From Eledone cirrhosa (Eukaryota): a stretch of DNA of 64,000 nt. A program made the translations under genes and the position numbers. A model generated the notes under the pieces. It ran no database searches and was not told the DNA's origin. It worked only from the letters and a program-made list of their open reading frames with translations. The stretch lies in contig OZ024757.1 of the NCBI GenBank assembly GCA_964016885.1, forward strand, positions 1,426,001-1,490,000, written 5' to 3'. This document shows positions 27,446-40,990 of the stretch, piece after piece; within the stretch, counting starts at the first letter, position 1, and every line of letters begins with the position of its first letter.

Positions 27446-27554
27446 CAGATATATAGATACATACACACACACACGCATTATTAAATACTCCAGTTGCTGC
27501 ATCAATATGAATCAATAAAATTTTGCTGGAGATAGATTGATTAGCAGAATTTAA

Positions 27555-28340
27555 TGAACTGGGTGTTTTTTGTTGTGACACCTACATGACCACTTTACAT
27601 TGTGGACTAGGTGTTTTTTGTTGTGACACCTACATGGCTACTTTATAGTGTGGACTAGGTGTTTTTGTATTGACACCTACATGACCCCTTATCCAGTGTG
27701 GACTGGGAACTTTTTGTTGTGACACCTACATGATCACTTTACATTGTGGACTGGGTACTTTATGTTGTGACACCTACATGACCACTTTACAGTGTGGACT
27801 AGGTGCTTTTTGTCTTGACACCTACATGACCACTTTACAGTCTGGACTGGGTGCTTTTTGTCTTGACACCTACATGACCACTTTACAGTCTGGACTGGGT
27901 GCTTTTTATCTTGACACCTACATGACCACTGGGTACTTTTGTCATGGCTCCAGAGGGACCACTTCATGGTGTGGGATGAGAACATGGGAGGTGGGGGAAG
28001 AAGCTTGAAGAAGTTAATGAAGTAGGTAATAGGAGAGGGGTGGTTAACAGCAAGGGAGGTGGTAGAGGAAGGTGTTGTCTATTAGATATATTCCTCAGCT
28101 CAAGCATATAGGAGGATGGGGTCTTCTGTAATACTTCATAGCGCCAAAGTTTGCAGTCCTATGTCATTGCCTTGGTGAGGTGTAATTATGTGCAAGGTCA
28201 GCTTTTATTACCTCCTCCCAAGTCTTCCTAGGTCTGTCCACTATGGCTACCATCAACTTTGAGGTTGGACCAGTCAGATGACCACCTCTTAATCATGTGT
28301 CCTATTGTGGGTTTGATTCCTACTGCTCACTGCCTTTCCT
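27555..28340 (-). mobile_element. Degenerate RTE LINE 3' end whose 3'UTR repeat domain is expanded into a ~45-bp tandem array
   Basis: KVDGSH/RKTWEEVIKADL-like remnant at ~28190-28270; tandem GACACCTACATGACCACTTTACAGTGTGGACTGGGTG at 27555-27950. Confidence 0.65.
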
Positions 28341-28654
28341 AACACTACCACTTTACAGAGTGTACTGGGTGTATTTTATTGTGGCACCAGCACTGCCATT
28401 TTACAGAGTACTGGGTACATAATTTCATGGTACCAACACAAACGCTTTACAGTGTACTGGTTGTATATTATCCTGCCACCAACACTACCATTTTACAGAG
28501 TGTGCTGGGAGCATATTATCATGGCATCAGCACTACCACTTTACAGAGTTTACTGGGTGTATTTTATCATGGCACCAGCGCTAGACAGGTTGTCGTGCTC
28601 TTGACTCAACTGAAGAGAATTCTCTACCCAAAATAGAGTTCTATAAATATTTAG

Positions 28655-28692
<38 letters not shown>

Positions 28693-28737
28693 TACATACA
28701 TACATACATACACATATATAGTTTTAAATGTGGGTAC

Positions 28738-28899
28738 CTGCAGGTTTCTTGTTATATTTGTAGACATCACAGAGAACAAGACGGTTATATCCACGTCGGA
28801 ATGGATCCTTGAATAAAGCAACTGGATACAGATACATATCGGAGTTGGAGCCCTCCGCTTGTCCAGTACTGGACCCATCAAAGTTCCAAATAGGACAAT
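28738..28899 (-). CDS. GLUL: Glutamine synthetase coding exon 2 (162 bp)
   Basis: tttcag|AT; [25 protein letters not shown]...DPFRRG; donor G|GTACCC. Confidence 0.97.
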
Positions 28900-28959
28900 C
28901 TGAAATGAGAAAGAACACTTAAAATACTAAACCCTTTTAAGGAACTGTCCCTGGTTCTA

Positions 28960-29165
28960 CAATACGAAGCTGTTTATATTAAAGAACCTTCTTTAAGTTA
29001 TGTTCCAAACAATACAGAGCTGTTTATATTAAAGAACCTTTCTTAAGTTTTGTTCCAAACAATACAAAGCTGTTTATATTAAAAAAAACCTTTATTAAGT
29101 TTTGTTCCAAACAATACAAAGCTGTTTATATTAAAAAAAACCTCTATTAAGTTATGTTCCAAACA
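28960..29165. repeat. ~52-bp tandem repeat, about 4 copies
   Basis: AATACAAAGCTGTTTATATTAAAGAACC...AAGTTTTGTTCCAAAC recurs. Confidence 0.8.
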
Positions 29166-29320
29166 TGATACAAAACTTTATTTGAAAGTGTTTATCTATA
29201 TATCTAAAAACCAGAAATTGTGACAGACAGTATCAGCAATGGAAAGATCAATGGAAACATTGTTTCCTTGGTCTGATCTGAAAGCAGTTTTTCATTTTAT
29301 CAAACAAATTAAGTACGTAC

Positions 29321-29495
29321 CACTGGGAAGCAAAGGAACCTCTCCTAATGTACGACATTTGCTGCGGAGGCCTTCACCAGTGCCATCAATCCAAACGTAT
29401 TCACACATGACCACATCTTTGTCTTGAGGCAGTTCCAGATAATGATTGAGGACAGCCTTGTCCGTGGAGGCTGGATAGTAGCGTGCTTGAGCCAT
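29321..29495 (-). CDS. GLUL: Glutamine synthetase coding exon 1 (ATG at 29495; exon begins at ~29502)
   Basis: MAQARYY...CEYVWIDGTGEGLRSKCRTL; acceptor ttcccag 7 nt upstream of the ATG; donor G|GTACGT; six exons sum to 1095 nt (364 aa plus stop) with consistent phases. Confidence 0.95.
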
Positions 29496-29756
29496 ATTGT
29501 ATCTGGGAAAACAGTCAACAACAACAACAAATGAATAAAGAATATTTAGTTGTGAGGGGGCTAAAAAGTTTAACAAGGGCACTTGGTTATTCTAATGTCT
29601 CAGACACACCAACAGTGTGTTCAATGACTGACCTCCAAATATGTCGGAAAGTAAGGAAATGAAGGGGGGAAGGTGGAAGATCTTGTACAATATGTATGGT
29701 CAAATATCTCTAGTTTGTTGAGCACACACACACACCCACGGCATAACACACACACG

Positions 29757-31273
29757 TAGAAGTACCGAGGTTTGTGGAGAAGTAGTGAGGTTTGTGGTGA
29801 AGTACCAAGGTTTGTGGTGAAGTACCAAGGTTTGTGGTGAAGTACCAAGGTTTGTGGTGAAGTACCAAGGTTTGTGGTGAAGTACCAAGGTTTGTGGTGA
29901 AGTAGTGAGGTTTGTGGTGAAGTAGTGAGGTTTGTGGTGAAGTAGTGAGGTTTGTGGTGAAGTAGTGAGGTTTGTGGTGAAGCAGTGAGGTTTGTGGTGA
30001 AGTAGTGAGGTTTGTGGTGTGGTACCAGGGTTTGTGGTGAAGTAGTGAGGTTTGAGGTGAAGTAGTGAGGTTTGTGGTGAAGTACCAAGGTTTGTGGTGA
30101 AGTAGTGAGGTTTGAGGTGAAGTAGTGAGGTTTGAGGTGAAGTAGTGAGGTTTGTGGTGAAGTAGTGAGGTTTGTGGTGAAGTACCAAGGTTTGTGGTGA
30201 AGTACCAAGGTTTGTGGTGAAGTACCAAGGTCTGTGGTGAAGTACCAAGGTCTGTGGTGAAGTACCAAGGTCTGTGGTGAAGTACCAAGGTTTGTGGTGA
30301 AGTACCAAGGTTTGTGGTGAAGTACCAAGGTTTGTGGTGAAGTACCAAGGTTTGTGGTGAAGTGCCGAGGTTTGTGGTGAAGTGCCGAGGTTTGTGGTGA
30401 AGTGCCGAGGTTTGTGGTGAAGTGCCGAGGTTTGTGGTGAAGTGCCGAGGTTTGTGGTGAAGTGCCGAGGTTTGTGGTGAAGAACCGAGGTTTGTGGTGA
30501 AGAACCGAGGTTTGTGGTGAAGAACCGAGGTTTGTGGTGAAGAACCGAGGTTTGTGGTGAAGAACCGAGGTTTGTGGTGAAGAACCGAGGTTTGTGGTGA
30601 AGAACCGAGGTTTGTGGTGAAGAACCGAGGTTTGTGGTGAAGAACCGAGGTTTGTGGTGAAGAACCGAGGTTTGTGGTGAAGCAGTGAGGTTTGTGGTGA
30701 AGCAGTGAGGTTTGTGGTGAAGCAGTGAGGTTTGTGGTGAAGCAGTGAGGTTTGTGGTGAAGCAGTGAGGTTTGTGGTGAAGCAGTGAGGTTTGTGGTGA
30801 AGCAGTGAGGTTTGTGGTGAAGCAGTGAGGTTTGTGGTGAAGCAGTGAGGTTTGTGGTGAAGCAGTGAGGTTTGTGGTGAAGCAGTGAGGTTTGTGGTGA
30901 AGCAGTGAGGTTTGTGGTGAAGCAGTGAGGTTTGTGGTGAAGCAGTGAGGTTTGTGGTGAAGCAGTGAGGTTTGTGGTGAAGCAGTGAGGTTTGTGGTGA
31001 AGCAGTGAGGTTTGTGGTGAAGCAGTGAGGTTTGTGGTGAAGCAGTGAGGTTTGTGGTGAAGCAGTGAGGTTTGTGGTGAAGCAGTGAGGTTTGTGGTGA
31101 AGCAGTGAGGTTTGTGGTGAAGCAGTGAGGTTTGTGGTGAAGCAGTGAGGTTTGTGGTGAAGCAGTGAGGTTTGTGGTGAAGCAGTGAGGTTTGTGGTGA
31201 AGCAGTGAGGTTTGTGGTGAAGCAGTGAGGTTTGTGGTGCGGTACCAGGGTTTGTGGTGAAGTAGTGAGGTTT
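29757..31273. repeat. 20-bp minisatellite, about 75 copies, arranged in variant blocks
   Basis: AGNNNNNAGGTTTGTGGTGA in exact 20-bp register. Confidence 0.97.
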
Positions 31274-31339
31274 ATGGCCAAAGCGACTAAGATTAAAATA
31301 GCTGTCTTCATTAAAACATATATATGCCCCCATCCCCTC

Positions 31340-31648
31340 TCACTGTAAAGTGGTCATGTAGGTGTCACGACAAAAACACCCAGTCCACACTGTAAAGTGG
31401 TCATGTAGGTGTGTCACAACAAAAAGCACACAATCCACTGTAAAATGGTCATGTAGGTGTCACAGCAAAAAACACCCAGCCCACTGTAAATGAGGTTGGT
31501 GTTAGGAAGGGCATCCAGCTGTAGAAGTCAAGCCAGAATCAGTTCCTGTATGAGCAAGGTATGGTCAGCTGACTGGACACTGCCCACAACAGGACAACCC
31601 GTCTAACCCATGCTAGCGTGGAAGATTGGACGTAAAACAGTGATGTTA
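31340..31648 (+). mobile_element. SINE/LINE 3' fragment with internal tandem domain
   Basis: GGTTGGTGTTAGGAAGGGCATCC and CCCATGCTAGCGTGGAA tail motifs. Confidence 0.7.
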
Positions 31649-32224
31649 TACTCCCTGGTCTTGAACAATAGCACCCCCCTCCACTCTCTTCTCTTAATTT
31701 TGCTAATTTGTTGGGCTTTTAAATCAAGGGAGACAACCTAGGAAAAATTACCCCCTCCCCCCACACACACTTATACACACCAGCACCACTTCCGTGTTAA
31801 ACCATGAAGCACATAAGATAATATAGTCCTAGATAAACACCTCCAAATAGTGACGGTTGAAGTATCTTTTATCCCAACTTCCTGACGATCAAGTTTCACC
31901 ATTGTTAACGTATCAGATCATATAGTTATGTTGATATTTAACCTTAACTTTCATCTAAACACCTTCCAATTGTGACCGTCACCACAACTACATTGTTTAA
32001 TGTATGGTGGGGGTGATTTGCGGTAAATTTCACTGCTAATTCTAGCAAGCCGATCGACCGCTTAGACGTTCCCTGGTGCACCGTCGTTTAACCCCAGGCC
32101 AGACTTGATCGAACCAAACTACAATCAAAGACGTTCCAACAACGACCATTCCATATTTCTCTATACACGACACAGTGTGTCGTGTATACTTTATTTTAAA
32201 ATAGCAGAGTGGGTTTTTTTTGCA

Positions 32225-32645
32225 GCTGAAGGTTACTATTTCTAGCAAGTGTAATGACCAGGTAGGTGGTCTGTTGTAACACTGAGTAGAAGAGGGTTAC
32301 TATTTCTAGCAGTGCAATGACCAGGTACGTAGTCTGTTGTAACACTGAGTAGAAGAGGGTTACTATTTCTAGCAGTGCAATGACCAGGTACGTAGTCTGT
32401 TGTAACACTGAGTAGAAGAGGGTTACTATTTCTAGCAGTGCAATGACCAGGTACGTAGTCTGTTGTAACACTGAGTAGAAGAGGGTTACTATTTCTAGCA
32501 GTGCAATGACCAGGTAGGTGGTCTGTTGTAACACTGAGTAGAAAAGGTTACTATTTCTAGCAGGACAGTGACTAGGTCTGTGTGGGGCAGATGAGGGTTA
32601 CTATTTCTAGCAGGGCAGTGACCAGGTAGGTGGTCTGTTGTAACA
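32225..32645. repeat. 63-bp minisatellite, about 6 copies
   Basis: GGTTACTATTTCTAGCAGTGCAATGACCAGGTACGTAGTCTGTTGTAACACTGAGTAGAAGAG. Confidence 0.9.
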
Positions 32646-33266
32646 CGGAACTGAATCATTTTATCACGTGAACTAACGTGTAAACAGCGATGTTGGTTTA
32701 ACCTATTAAACAAACCACAGCAATCCTCCACCACTTACGACGATGATCAATCAAATTCTTTTTATCAAGTCACTCCTCACTCATATCATGGGAGTGGATG
32801 AGTATACCGCAGGGTGTGTGTGAGTGTATACGTGTTTATATGCCTGTTAGTGTGTACGTGTGTATGCACGTATGTTGTGTGTGTGTGTTATGTGCCTGTG
32901 AATTGTGTATATACGTGTGTCTATGTGTACGTGTATATGCACGTATGTTGTGTGTGTATGTGAAAGCTGACCCTTTGAATTAGGGCAGGTACAGTAAATC
33001 CGAGGGTCATCCGTAACTTCCACCTCACGGACGAATCATTAACATACACAACATACGTTGTAGAAATAGCAGCCAAATGGTCCTCAACACAACCCAGAAC
33101 ATATTTAAAGAAGGAATGGTGTACGTGTGAGTAATGTAGTCCTAGATACTGCTGAAGAGCCTTGGACTAAATACCTCTTCAATTAGGAGATAAATACACA
33201 CAACACGAATACTACGTGGACGTAGAAATGGCAACCAGCTCTCGTTAGAATCGTTATTTTTATCTA

Positions 33267-33549
33267 TCTATATACTACTAAAATTCTGTGATTGCTTGCT
33301 TGATTGTCTATAATGTAATACTGCCAAAACGGCGCATAATGGGAAAATACTTTGAAAGGAAGTTGCCCCTGAAATTGTAATACAAATGGAATAAAACAAT
33401 TTCGCGTAAATCGGAGCACGGGTTCCCGAGATATAGGGTTTTTCTGTGTACCTCCATAAATAGCCTAGGGCTCCATGATAACAAATAACCCTCTCTCTAT
33501 ATATATATCACTAGACTACCCGTGACCTTTTGGGTTACGGGTAGTCTAG
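33267..33549 (+). mobile_element. Short non-autonomous Helitron-like element
   Basis: 5' TCTATATACTACTAAAA; 3' hairpin ending in CTAG|T. Confidence 0.55.
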
Positions 33550-33919
33550 TATAATATAAAGGGTGGTATGCTTATGCACGGAAATAACTTATTAAATAGA
33601 GTGAAGACCCTTAAAGGTGGAAATAGAAGTGGACATCGGCCGCTGTGAGGAATCGAACCTGGCATCTCCCCAGATACCGGCTAACCGCTTTAAACTTGTA
33701 TTGTTTTAAGTAAAAAGGAAAACAAAAAGGACATTGGATTAATATAGTCCACGATACACTATGACGTGCATCTATGTGGAATGTGTGATTGTTGAGGTCT
33801 GCTCGGTCAACTATGATCTGATTTCTAAATAATAGCCATTAATTCTAGAGAGAGTCACGGTTGGAGAGTCCTAGATTACAGGTCAGCTACATTTCGGGGC
33901 TAAAACCACCGACAGATCA

Positions 33920-34690
33920 CGTAGACACACACACACACACACGTAAACAGACACACACACGTAGACATACATACACACGTAGACACACGCAAGTAGACAT
34001 ACATACACACGTAGACACACACAAGTAGACATACATACACACGTAGACATACATACACACGTAGACACACACACACACACACGTAGTCACACGTGCACAA
34101 CACGCACAGAAAAGTTTTAAAAACTATTTTTCTTATTTTTGCTTCCCCCTCCCCTTCTCTGTTCCTCCTCTTTTATATTTGTTTATTAATTAAAGGTGCA
34201 TTATGTGGCAGGGCTTTCTACATATATATATATACTCATATATATATATATACACAAATATACACACACACATATACACACATACATATACATATATATA
34301 CACAATATATATACACACATATATATATATATACACATACATACACATACACATATATATATACACATACATATATATATACACACATATATACACACAT
34401 ATATACACATATATACACACACATATATATACACATATATACACACACATATATATACACATATATACACACACATATATACACACACATATATACACAC
34501 ACACATATATACACACACACATATATATACACACACATATATATACACACACATACACATATATACACACATATATACACATACATATACACACACATAT
34601 ATACACACACATATATACACACATATACACATATACACATACATATATATACACATACATATATATACACATACACACACACACATATAA
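33920..34690. repeat. (CA)n/ACGTAG and (CA)/(TA) compound microsatellites
   Basis: Directly visible. Confidence 0.9.
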
Positions 34691-35204
34691 TGGATAGAAA
34701 TCCAACAAGAAATTTCAGATTTGACATGAAGACAGACCTTAAAATATGTCGACTTGTTTATTTAGTAAAAGTGCATATAGCGCATGTTACACAGCTACAG
34801 TTGTGTTCAACACAGCTGGAACATGTTTAACTATAGCACATGTTACACAGCTACAGATGTGTTCAACACAGAAATTGATGTGTTTAACAGCTCCATGTTT
34901 TTAACAACATGGTAGAAGGGTTGATGTCATGTTTTAATACAGCTACACATCATTTTGTTCCCAGACACAAGTCAGGTTGGGGTCCTTCTCTGTCCAGCTC
35001 CCCCGGGGTTTCTTACCACCGATTCTCTAATACTATATATAGTTACATGAAACACAGGAGGCAAATATACAGTTATATTAGGTTCACGCTTGGAAGTTGA
35101 GGAGGTTTCAACATTTCAAACAAAAGCCCTTCTTCGGGGAAAGTTCGGATAAGGAGAGAACAGATAGACGTCTTACGTCTGAGAAGATTAAAGAAGGAAG
35201 TTAA

Positions 35205-35249
<45 letters not shown>

Positions 35250-35266
35250 ATTTATAAAACCATATT

Positions 35267-35331
35267 TATTTCATTATACATATTTCAGGGATACCAAATT
35301 AAAATATGGTATGCCTTCATCAGACAAAATA
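35267..35331 (-). ncRNA. Type I hammerhead-like motif, family B
   Basis: Minus strand: TATTTTGT-CTGATGA-AGGCATACCA...TGGTATCCCT-GAAA-TATGTA-TA-ATGAAATA. Confidence 0.65.
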
Positions 35332-36099
35332 CAATATATAAACAGCTTTATAAATAATTTTGACGTACCCTATTATATGCGACCATTATTTTTGGAAGCT
35401 GTCTGGATAGTCATATATATAGTTTCCATTTATTTAATATCGTATATATACTCCAAAAACTTGAGTGCTTTATACCAGTTATAAAATATTTACTTGTTGT
35501 ATCCCAACAATTTTAAATAGAACTTTTGCATATATATATAGGAGGTCTTAAAAGACACTAGACTATTTCAAATTATGATATACATAAAATGGTCTAGTGG
35601 CTTTGGAACACCCCGTGTGTGTGCGTGTGCGTAATATATTATATATATATATAATAGTAATAATATTAATAATACACATATGACTTATTATCTTCGTTTT
35701 TTCGTTCATTGCCAGAGAACGTCTCTATGCACCACCTCAGAGAACATTAGTCTACGACCTCTTTTATACCATAAACGTGGTTTTGTCTTTGCGCGTAATT
35801 GTTTTTCACCGCTCCTATTAATGACGTATTATATTCGTTTTTTCCCGTTCTTTGCCAGCGAACGTTACCACCAACCAAAGTATCGTCTTCCTGTCTTCCT
35901 CCGGTTGCAACGTTTTTTGAAATATCCACTTCTGCGTTTACAGATTGACTTTGTTAGTTTCAGAAGATCCCTTTAAGGGTGAAAGCAGCGATTCTTTGCT
36001 TAAACTTTAATCTGTTATTTTAATAAATATATATATATATAATATATATATATGTAATATGGAAAACGAAGAATCAGTGATTCATCGAAACAATTTATT

Positions 36100-36194
36100 A
36101 ACGTATTACAATTGTTTCTCCGGCGAACACCTTGAGGTGCGATCTGTTTGTGGATCGAACCCGACTCTGGATTCGCAAGTTCCTCAGATACATC
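36100..36194 (-). ncRNA. Hammerhead-like motif with an elongated stem II
   Basis: Minus strand: GATGTAT-CTGAGGA-[~62 nt with GCGAA/TTCGC and CGATC/GATCG pairing]-GAAA-CAATTG-TA-ATACGTT. Confidence 0.5.
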
Positions 36195-36317
36195 TAGCGA
36201 CTTCGAAGCAAATCTTATGTATGTATGAATGATTAATGAATTAATGAAATGTATGTACATATAAATATATATATATGTACGTACGTACATAAATATGTAC
36301 GTACGTACGTATGTATG

Positions 36318-37740
36318 TCTTGTAGCGCACACTGATATGCAGCATATTTTGAATGCATTTTCTGACGCTTGCACTGCCCTAGGATTGACTGTCAGTCTCA
36401 AGAAAACCGTCGTCATGTACCAACCTGCCCCTGGTAAGCTATACATTGAACCAAATATCTATGTGTATGGTAAACGTCTTGGAGTGGTTGATCAGTTTGT
36501 CTACCTGGGAAGCACTGTCAATCGATACAGCAACCTTGATAGTGAAATCTCACTTAGGATTAGGAAAGCAAGTGATGCTTTCGGAAAGCTAGAAAGGCGA
36601 CTCTGGGGTCGGCGAGACATATGCAAGAAGACAAAGGTAAAGGTGTACAAGGCATGTGTGCTCTCTTGTCTTCTTTATGCCTGCGAGACCTGGGTCACAT
36701 ATCGACACCACCTTAAGCAATTGGAGCGTTTCCATCAGATGTGTCTCAGACGGATCCATGGCGTTCACTGGAGGGACCAGATCAGTGATGTCGAGATTTT
36801 GGAAAGCTCTATGTGTGACAGTATAGAAGCTCTTGTGCTTAAGCAACGACTCCGTTGGAGTGGTCACCTTGCCATGATGAAGGATTCTAGAATACCAAAA
36901 CAACTCTTTTATGGAGAGTTAGTTAAAGGAAAACGACCGCCACATAAACCAAAAAAGAGGTATAAGGATTCCTTTAAAGCCTCTTTGAAAGACGCTAACA
37001 TCTCTGCTGATACATGGGAAAATGTTGCTGCTGATCCTAATAAATGGAGAAAGACTGTATATGAGGGAAAAGTTGCCTTTGAGGCATCTCGAATCACATA
37101 CGAGAAAGTAAAGCGGGATGTGAGGAAAGGCATTGCTGTTGCACTTCCAGACGGCGAGGGCCCTCCTATGGTGCTGACATGCAGCGTCTGTGCGAGACTG
37201 CTTAAGCAAAGCTGGACTCGAAAGTCATCTTCGCAGTTATAAAGTAAGACCAGTGGTTGACTACCAGGCTGCAGTTGGAGATGCTACTCATCATGCTTGC
37301 CAAACATGTGGTAAAGAATGTAAATCAGCAGGAGGGCTCAAACGACATGCAAAAGTACATGAACTCCAACCACAGCCGACTATTCCCAGTGAATGTTTTG
37401 GTTGCCGACTGTGCAAGACCTTTTAGATCATTGGCTGGGCTAAAAAGCCACATTCGATCGCAGCGCTGTTAATTGCTATCGTGTGCGTGTGTGTGCGTGC
37501 GAGTGTAGATATGTTTGTGTGCGTGCGTGTGTGTATATATATATATGTATATGTATATTATTGTTGTTGTCATTATTATTGTTATTATTATTGTTAATAT
37601 ATGTGTATGTATATGTATGAATGTATATGTGTGTGTATGTATATATATATAATATATATATATTTTATTTTTATTTATTTTAATTTTATTTTTTCTCGTG
37701 CAATGGCCATACTCGATAACGAGGGGGCAGCCATCATGTA
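36318..37740 (+). mobile_element. 5'-truncated RTE-clade LINE (second family) with C-terminal C2H2 zinc fingers
   Basis: GLTVSLKKT, FVYLGS, LLYACETW, RLRWSGH and RIPKQLFYGEL motifs; frameshifted CxxC...H fingers at 37180-37470; tail GGCCATACTCGATAACGAG...GCAGCCATC at ~37705. Confidence 0.88.
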
Positions 37741-37930
37741 TGTATGAATGTATGTACGTACATATATATTATATATATATTAGAAGGTGAACAACACAAA
37801 ATATAACTACCCCATTACCAAAGGTTTCTGGATCACAAACGATAATATGTCTGGATCGTTCGTTTGTGTTCACTTTCTAATTAAATAGCTGTTCTATACA
37901 GTGTTCTCTTTTTTCCTTTGGAATTACCTA

Positions 37931-37963
<33 letters not shown>

Positions 37964-37964
37964 A

Positions 37965-37995
<31 letters not shown>

Positions 37996-38565
37996 AACAC
38001 CCACAACCGTCGTCTAGTGGTCGTGCTTTTAAGAGCTGCTATTTCTAGCAGTACAAGTAGCACCACTCTTGTAAAATAATTACACAACCATAAAGAATAA
38101 ACTCATTACATGTCTATCATATACATACATACTTAAACACCCATATATACACCTACATATATACCCAGTCTCAGGTAATTCACCTTGTATTACAAAAGGT
38201 ATTGTTATGCCACGTGGATTAAAAAAAAACCAAATCACGCCATTGAGAGGACATTGTGATGTGGACGACAGGCTAGAAATAGCAGCCAAATCTCCCTCAA
38301 CCCCCCCCCCCCCCTCGCGAATATATATATATATATATATATATTACAACCTTATCGAATAGTGGCTCCAACATCGCTACGGGGTCCCGCCAGACTGGGC
38401 CAACTTTTTAGATTACTCTAGATTTAGATACTTCCCTCTATTAGGAGCTTCCGGAGCATTTCTCCCGAATGAAACAGTTCTAGTCCTGTAACAGCCATAT
38501 CTATATTAAATATTTATACTCTGCTATGTATTGAGTACCTTACTTACTGTGGTTATCCCCGATAA

Positions 38566-38604
<39 letters not shown>

Positions 38605-39410
38605 CATACATACATACAGGGTGTCCCAAAAGATATATATATACACACGTCAACAGCATTCTAATAAATATTGCCTGTACAGGTAATCGCGGGGTGTGAG
38701 AGAGAGCGAAAGAGAGAAAGAGAGGAGAGCCAACTATGATGTAATCAAACGAAGTTAAAGAGTTCGATAAAATACCCCCCCCCCCCCCTCCGACCAGTCC
38801 TTAATAACCTGCTACCCTATCCCAGATCGATAACAATCACCAAACGTGGCAGTTGAACAAAACTAAACAAAAATATATATATAAAATAGTTTTAAAAAGC
38901 TGAGAAAAACAAACAAAAGTGACTCGAAAATGTCCAGAAATTTATTTAAACGTCTAAGAAAATAATAAAGGAGCATGGTGCTAGAAATAACAGCCAGATT
39001 CCCTCAACTTACTGCTTTAAATTAAAAAGGAAGGATACATTAGATAATGTAGCTTTTTTTGACAAATATATATATATATAAAGATAAGGCTAGTTAATCG
39101 TGGCTGGAATGCCTTTGATCATAGGCTTGTATGACCGCGCGATCGTGGTTGACCTAGGGTTAAATATCTCGCCCCTTGGAGCAGACTTCTGGTCATTGAA
39201 CCCGCTAGAAATAAGTCCCCGCAGTGTTTTAAATAAGAAAATAGAGGAAGGCCACTTAGTGTGTGTATCCCCTTTACATACAACAACCATCAAAAGGTTT
39301 GTCAAGGATGGAATGTCTGATAATTATGTGGATCTTATCTATCTTGTCCGATCAAAGCTGACGTGGTGCTAGAAATAGCAGCCAGATCTCCATCAAATCA
39401 CGGTATTCTG

Positions 39411-39448
<38 letters not shown>

Positions 39449-39449
<1 letters not shown>

Positions 39450-39798
39450 ATTGTTTCCTTGAGCAAGGCACTTTATTTCACATTGCTCCAGTTTACTCAG
39501 CTGTAGAAATGAGATGATAGGGACTGGGGTCCCTATCATTCCACTGCAAAGTGGTCGTGGAGGTGCCACGGCAAAAAAGCACCCAGCATTCACTGTAAAG
39601 TGGTTGTGGAGGTGCCACGGCAAAAAAAGCACCCAGCATTCACTAAAGTGGTCGTGGAGGTGCCACGGCAAAAAAGCGCCAATGCACTCACTGTAAATGA
39701 GGTTGGTGTTAGGAAGGGCATCCAGCTGTAAAAATCAAGCCAGAATCAGTTCCCGTCCCACCCTTGCAAGCAGGGAAAAGCGGGCGTAAAATGATGAT
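39449..39798 (+). mobile_element. 5'-truncated SINE with a triplicated internal domain
   Basis: CCTTGAGCAAGGCACTT, three copies of GTGGAGGTGCCACGGCAAAAAAGC, and tail CAGGGAAAAG...ATGATGAT. Confidence 0.85.
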
Positions 39799-40472
39799 AT
39801 ATAGACACACACACATATATATAATATATACATATATAATATACACACACACAATTACATATGTCCCAATAAAAGATTTAAATAAAGACTAGCCGAGCCA
39901 ACATACACACATATATATATGTGTGAGTATATGTATGTATGTGTGTGTGTGAGTATATGTATGGGTGTGTGTAATGAAGGAGTGAGTGTATGTATGGGTG
40001 TAATGAAGGAGAGAGAAACTGAGAAGACGTGAGTATGTGTGTGAGTATGTGTATATATATATATGTGTGTGTATATATGTGTGTAATGAAAGAGAAACTG
40101 AAGACGACAAAAGTTTTAAAGTTTGGAAATGAGAAGTTTTAAAACTGGTGACAAACTATATTAGTAGTAAATATAGAACAGTGAGTATGGATGGGGAGTA
40201 ACACGTGTGTATATGTGTGTGTAAGTACATATACACACATACATAGAGTCAGGCCAGAACGAACGTTGAGCTGATCAATAGCGAAACACGCGTCACCAAC
40301 CAATAAAAGTAAAGAAAATAAATCGTCCTTGTATTATCGTTCGTGTGCGTAGTACTATTATAGTCATGTGCTGAACACTAGTACAGAAGTGAAAGGAAGG
40401 TGGTTTGTTGATAGAGAGAAAGAATACTCTAAATTAACAGAAAGACAAACACATATCTATATATATATATAA

Positions 40473-40507
<35 letters not shown>

Positions 40508-40630
40508 TACACACAACTCTCCAATTACCATATATATATACATGAGCAAGACAGGGTCATCTGACCTCGACTTGCTTCAAATAGGACACGTCTAACCCAT
40601 GCTAGCGTGGAAATGGACGTTAAATGGTGA

Positions 40631-40666
<36 letters not shown>

Positions 40667-40990
40667 CTATGTGGCGGTGCCCCACCATGACCACAGACTA
40701 AACAGTCTAAAGTTTGTTAATATAATTATATATATATATATATATATAGTTTCAGTCTTTAGACTGCCGCCATGCTGGAGCACTGCCACAACACTAGTGG
40801 GTTATATCGGTAGTGGCAGAGTACTCAGTCCATGGGACGAGTTTGGTAGAAGTAACACAACAGTTCACCATTTCCGCATCCGAATAAGGAGAAACAATTG
40901 TTCTCGGAAATGGTGAACTGTTGTAGAACTACTAATATATATATTATTCAGAATAATAATAAATGAAGACATTCACATAATCAAAATATA

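Noticed and set aside
29757-31273. CRISPR-like appearance (constant repeat with variable slot), also considered for the 54- and 72-bp arrays
   Set aside because: No unique spacers, no cas genes and a eukaryotic context
29621-31333. 533/570-aa ORFs, one with a signal-peptide-like start (MKTAILILVALA)
   Set aside because: A 20-bp repeat open in all three minus frames and lying in a GS intron; the hydrophobic start is probably chance
35105-35140. Hammerhead-like CCGAAGAAGGGC...TTTGAAA on the minus strand (similar case at ~19235-19270)
   Set aside because: Core and stems are too degenerate to support a call
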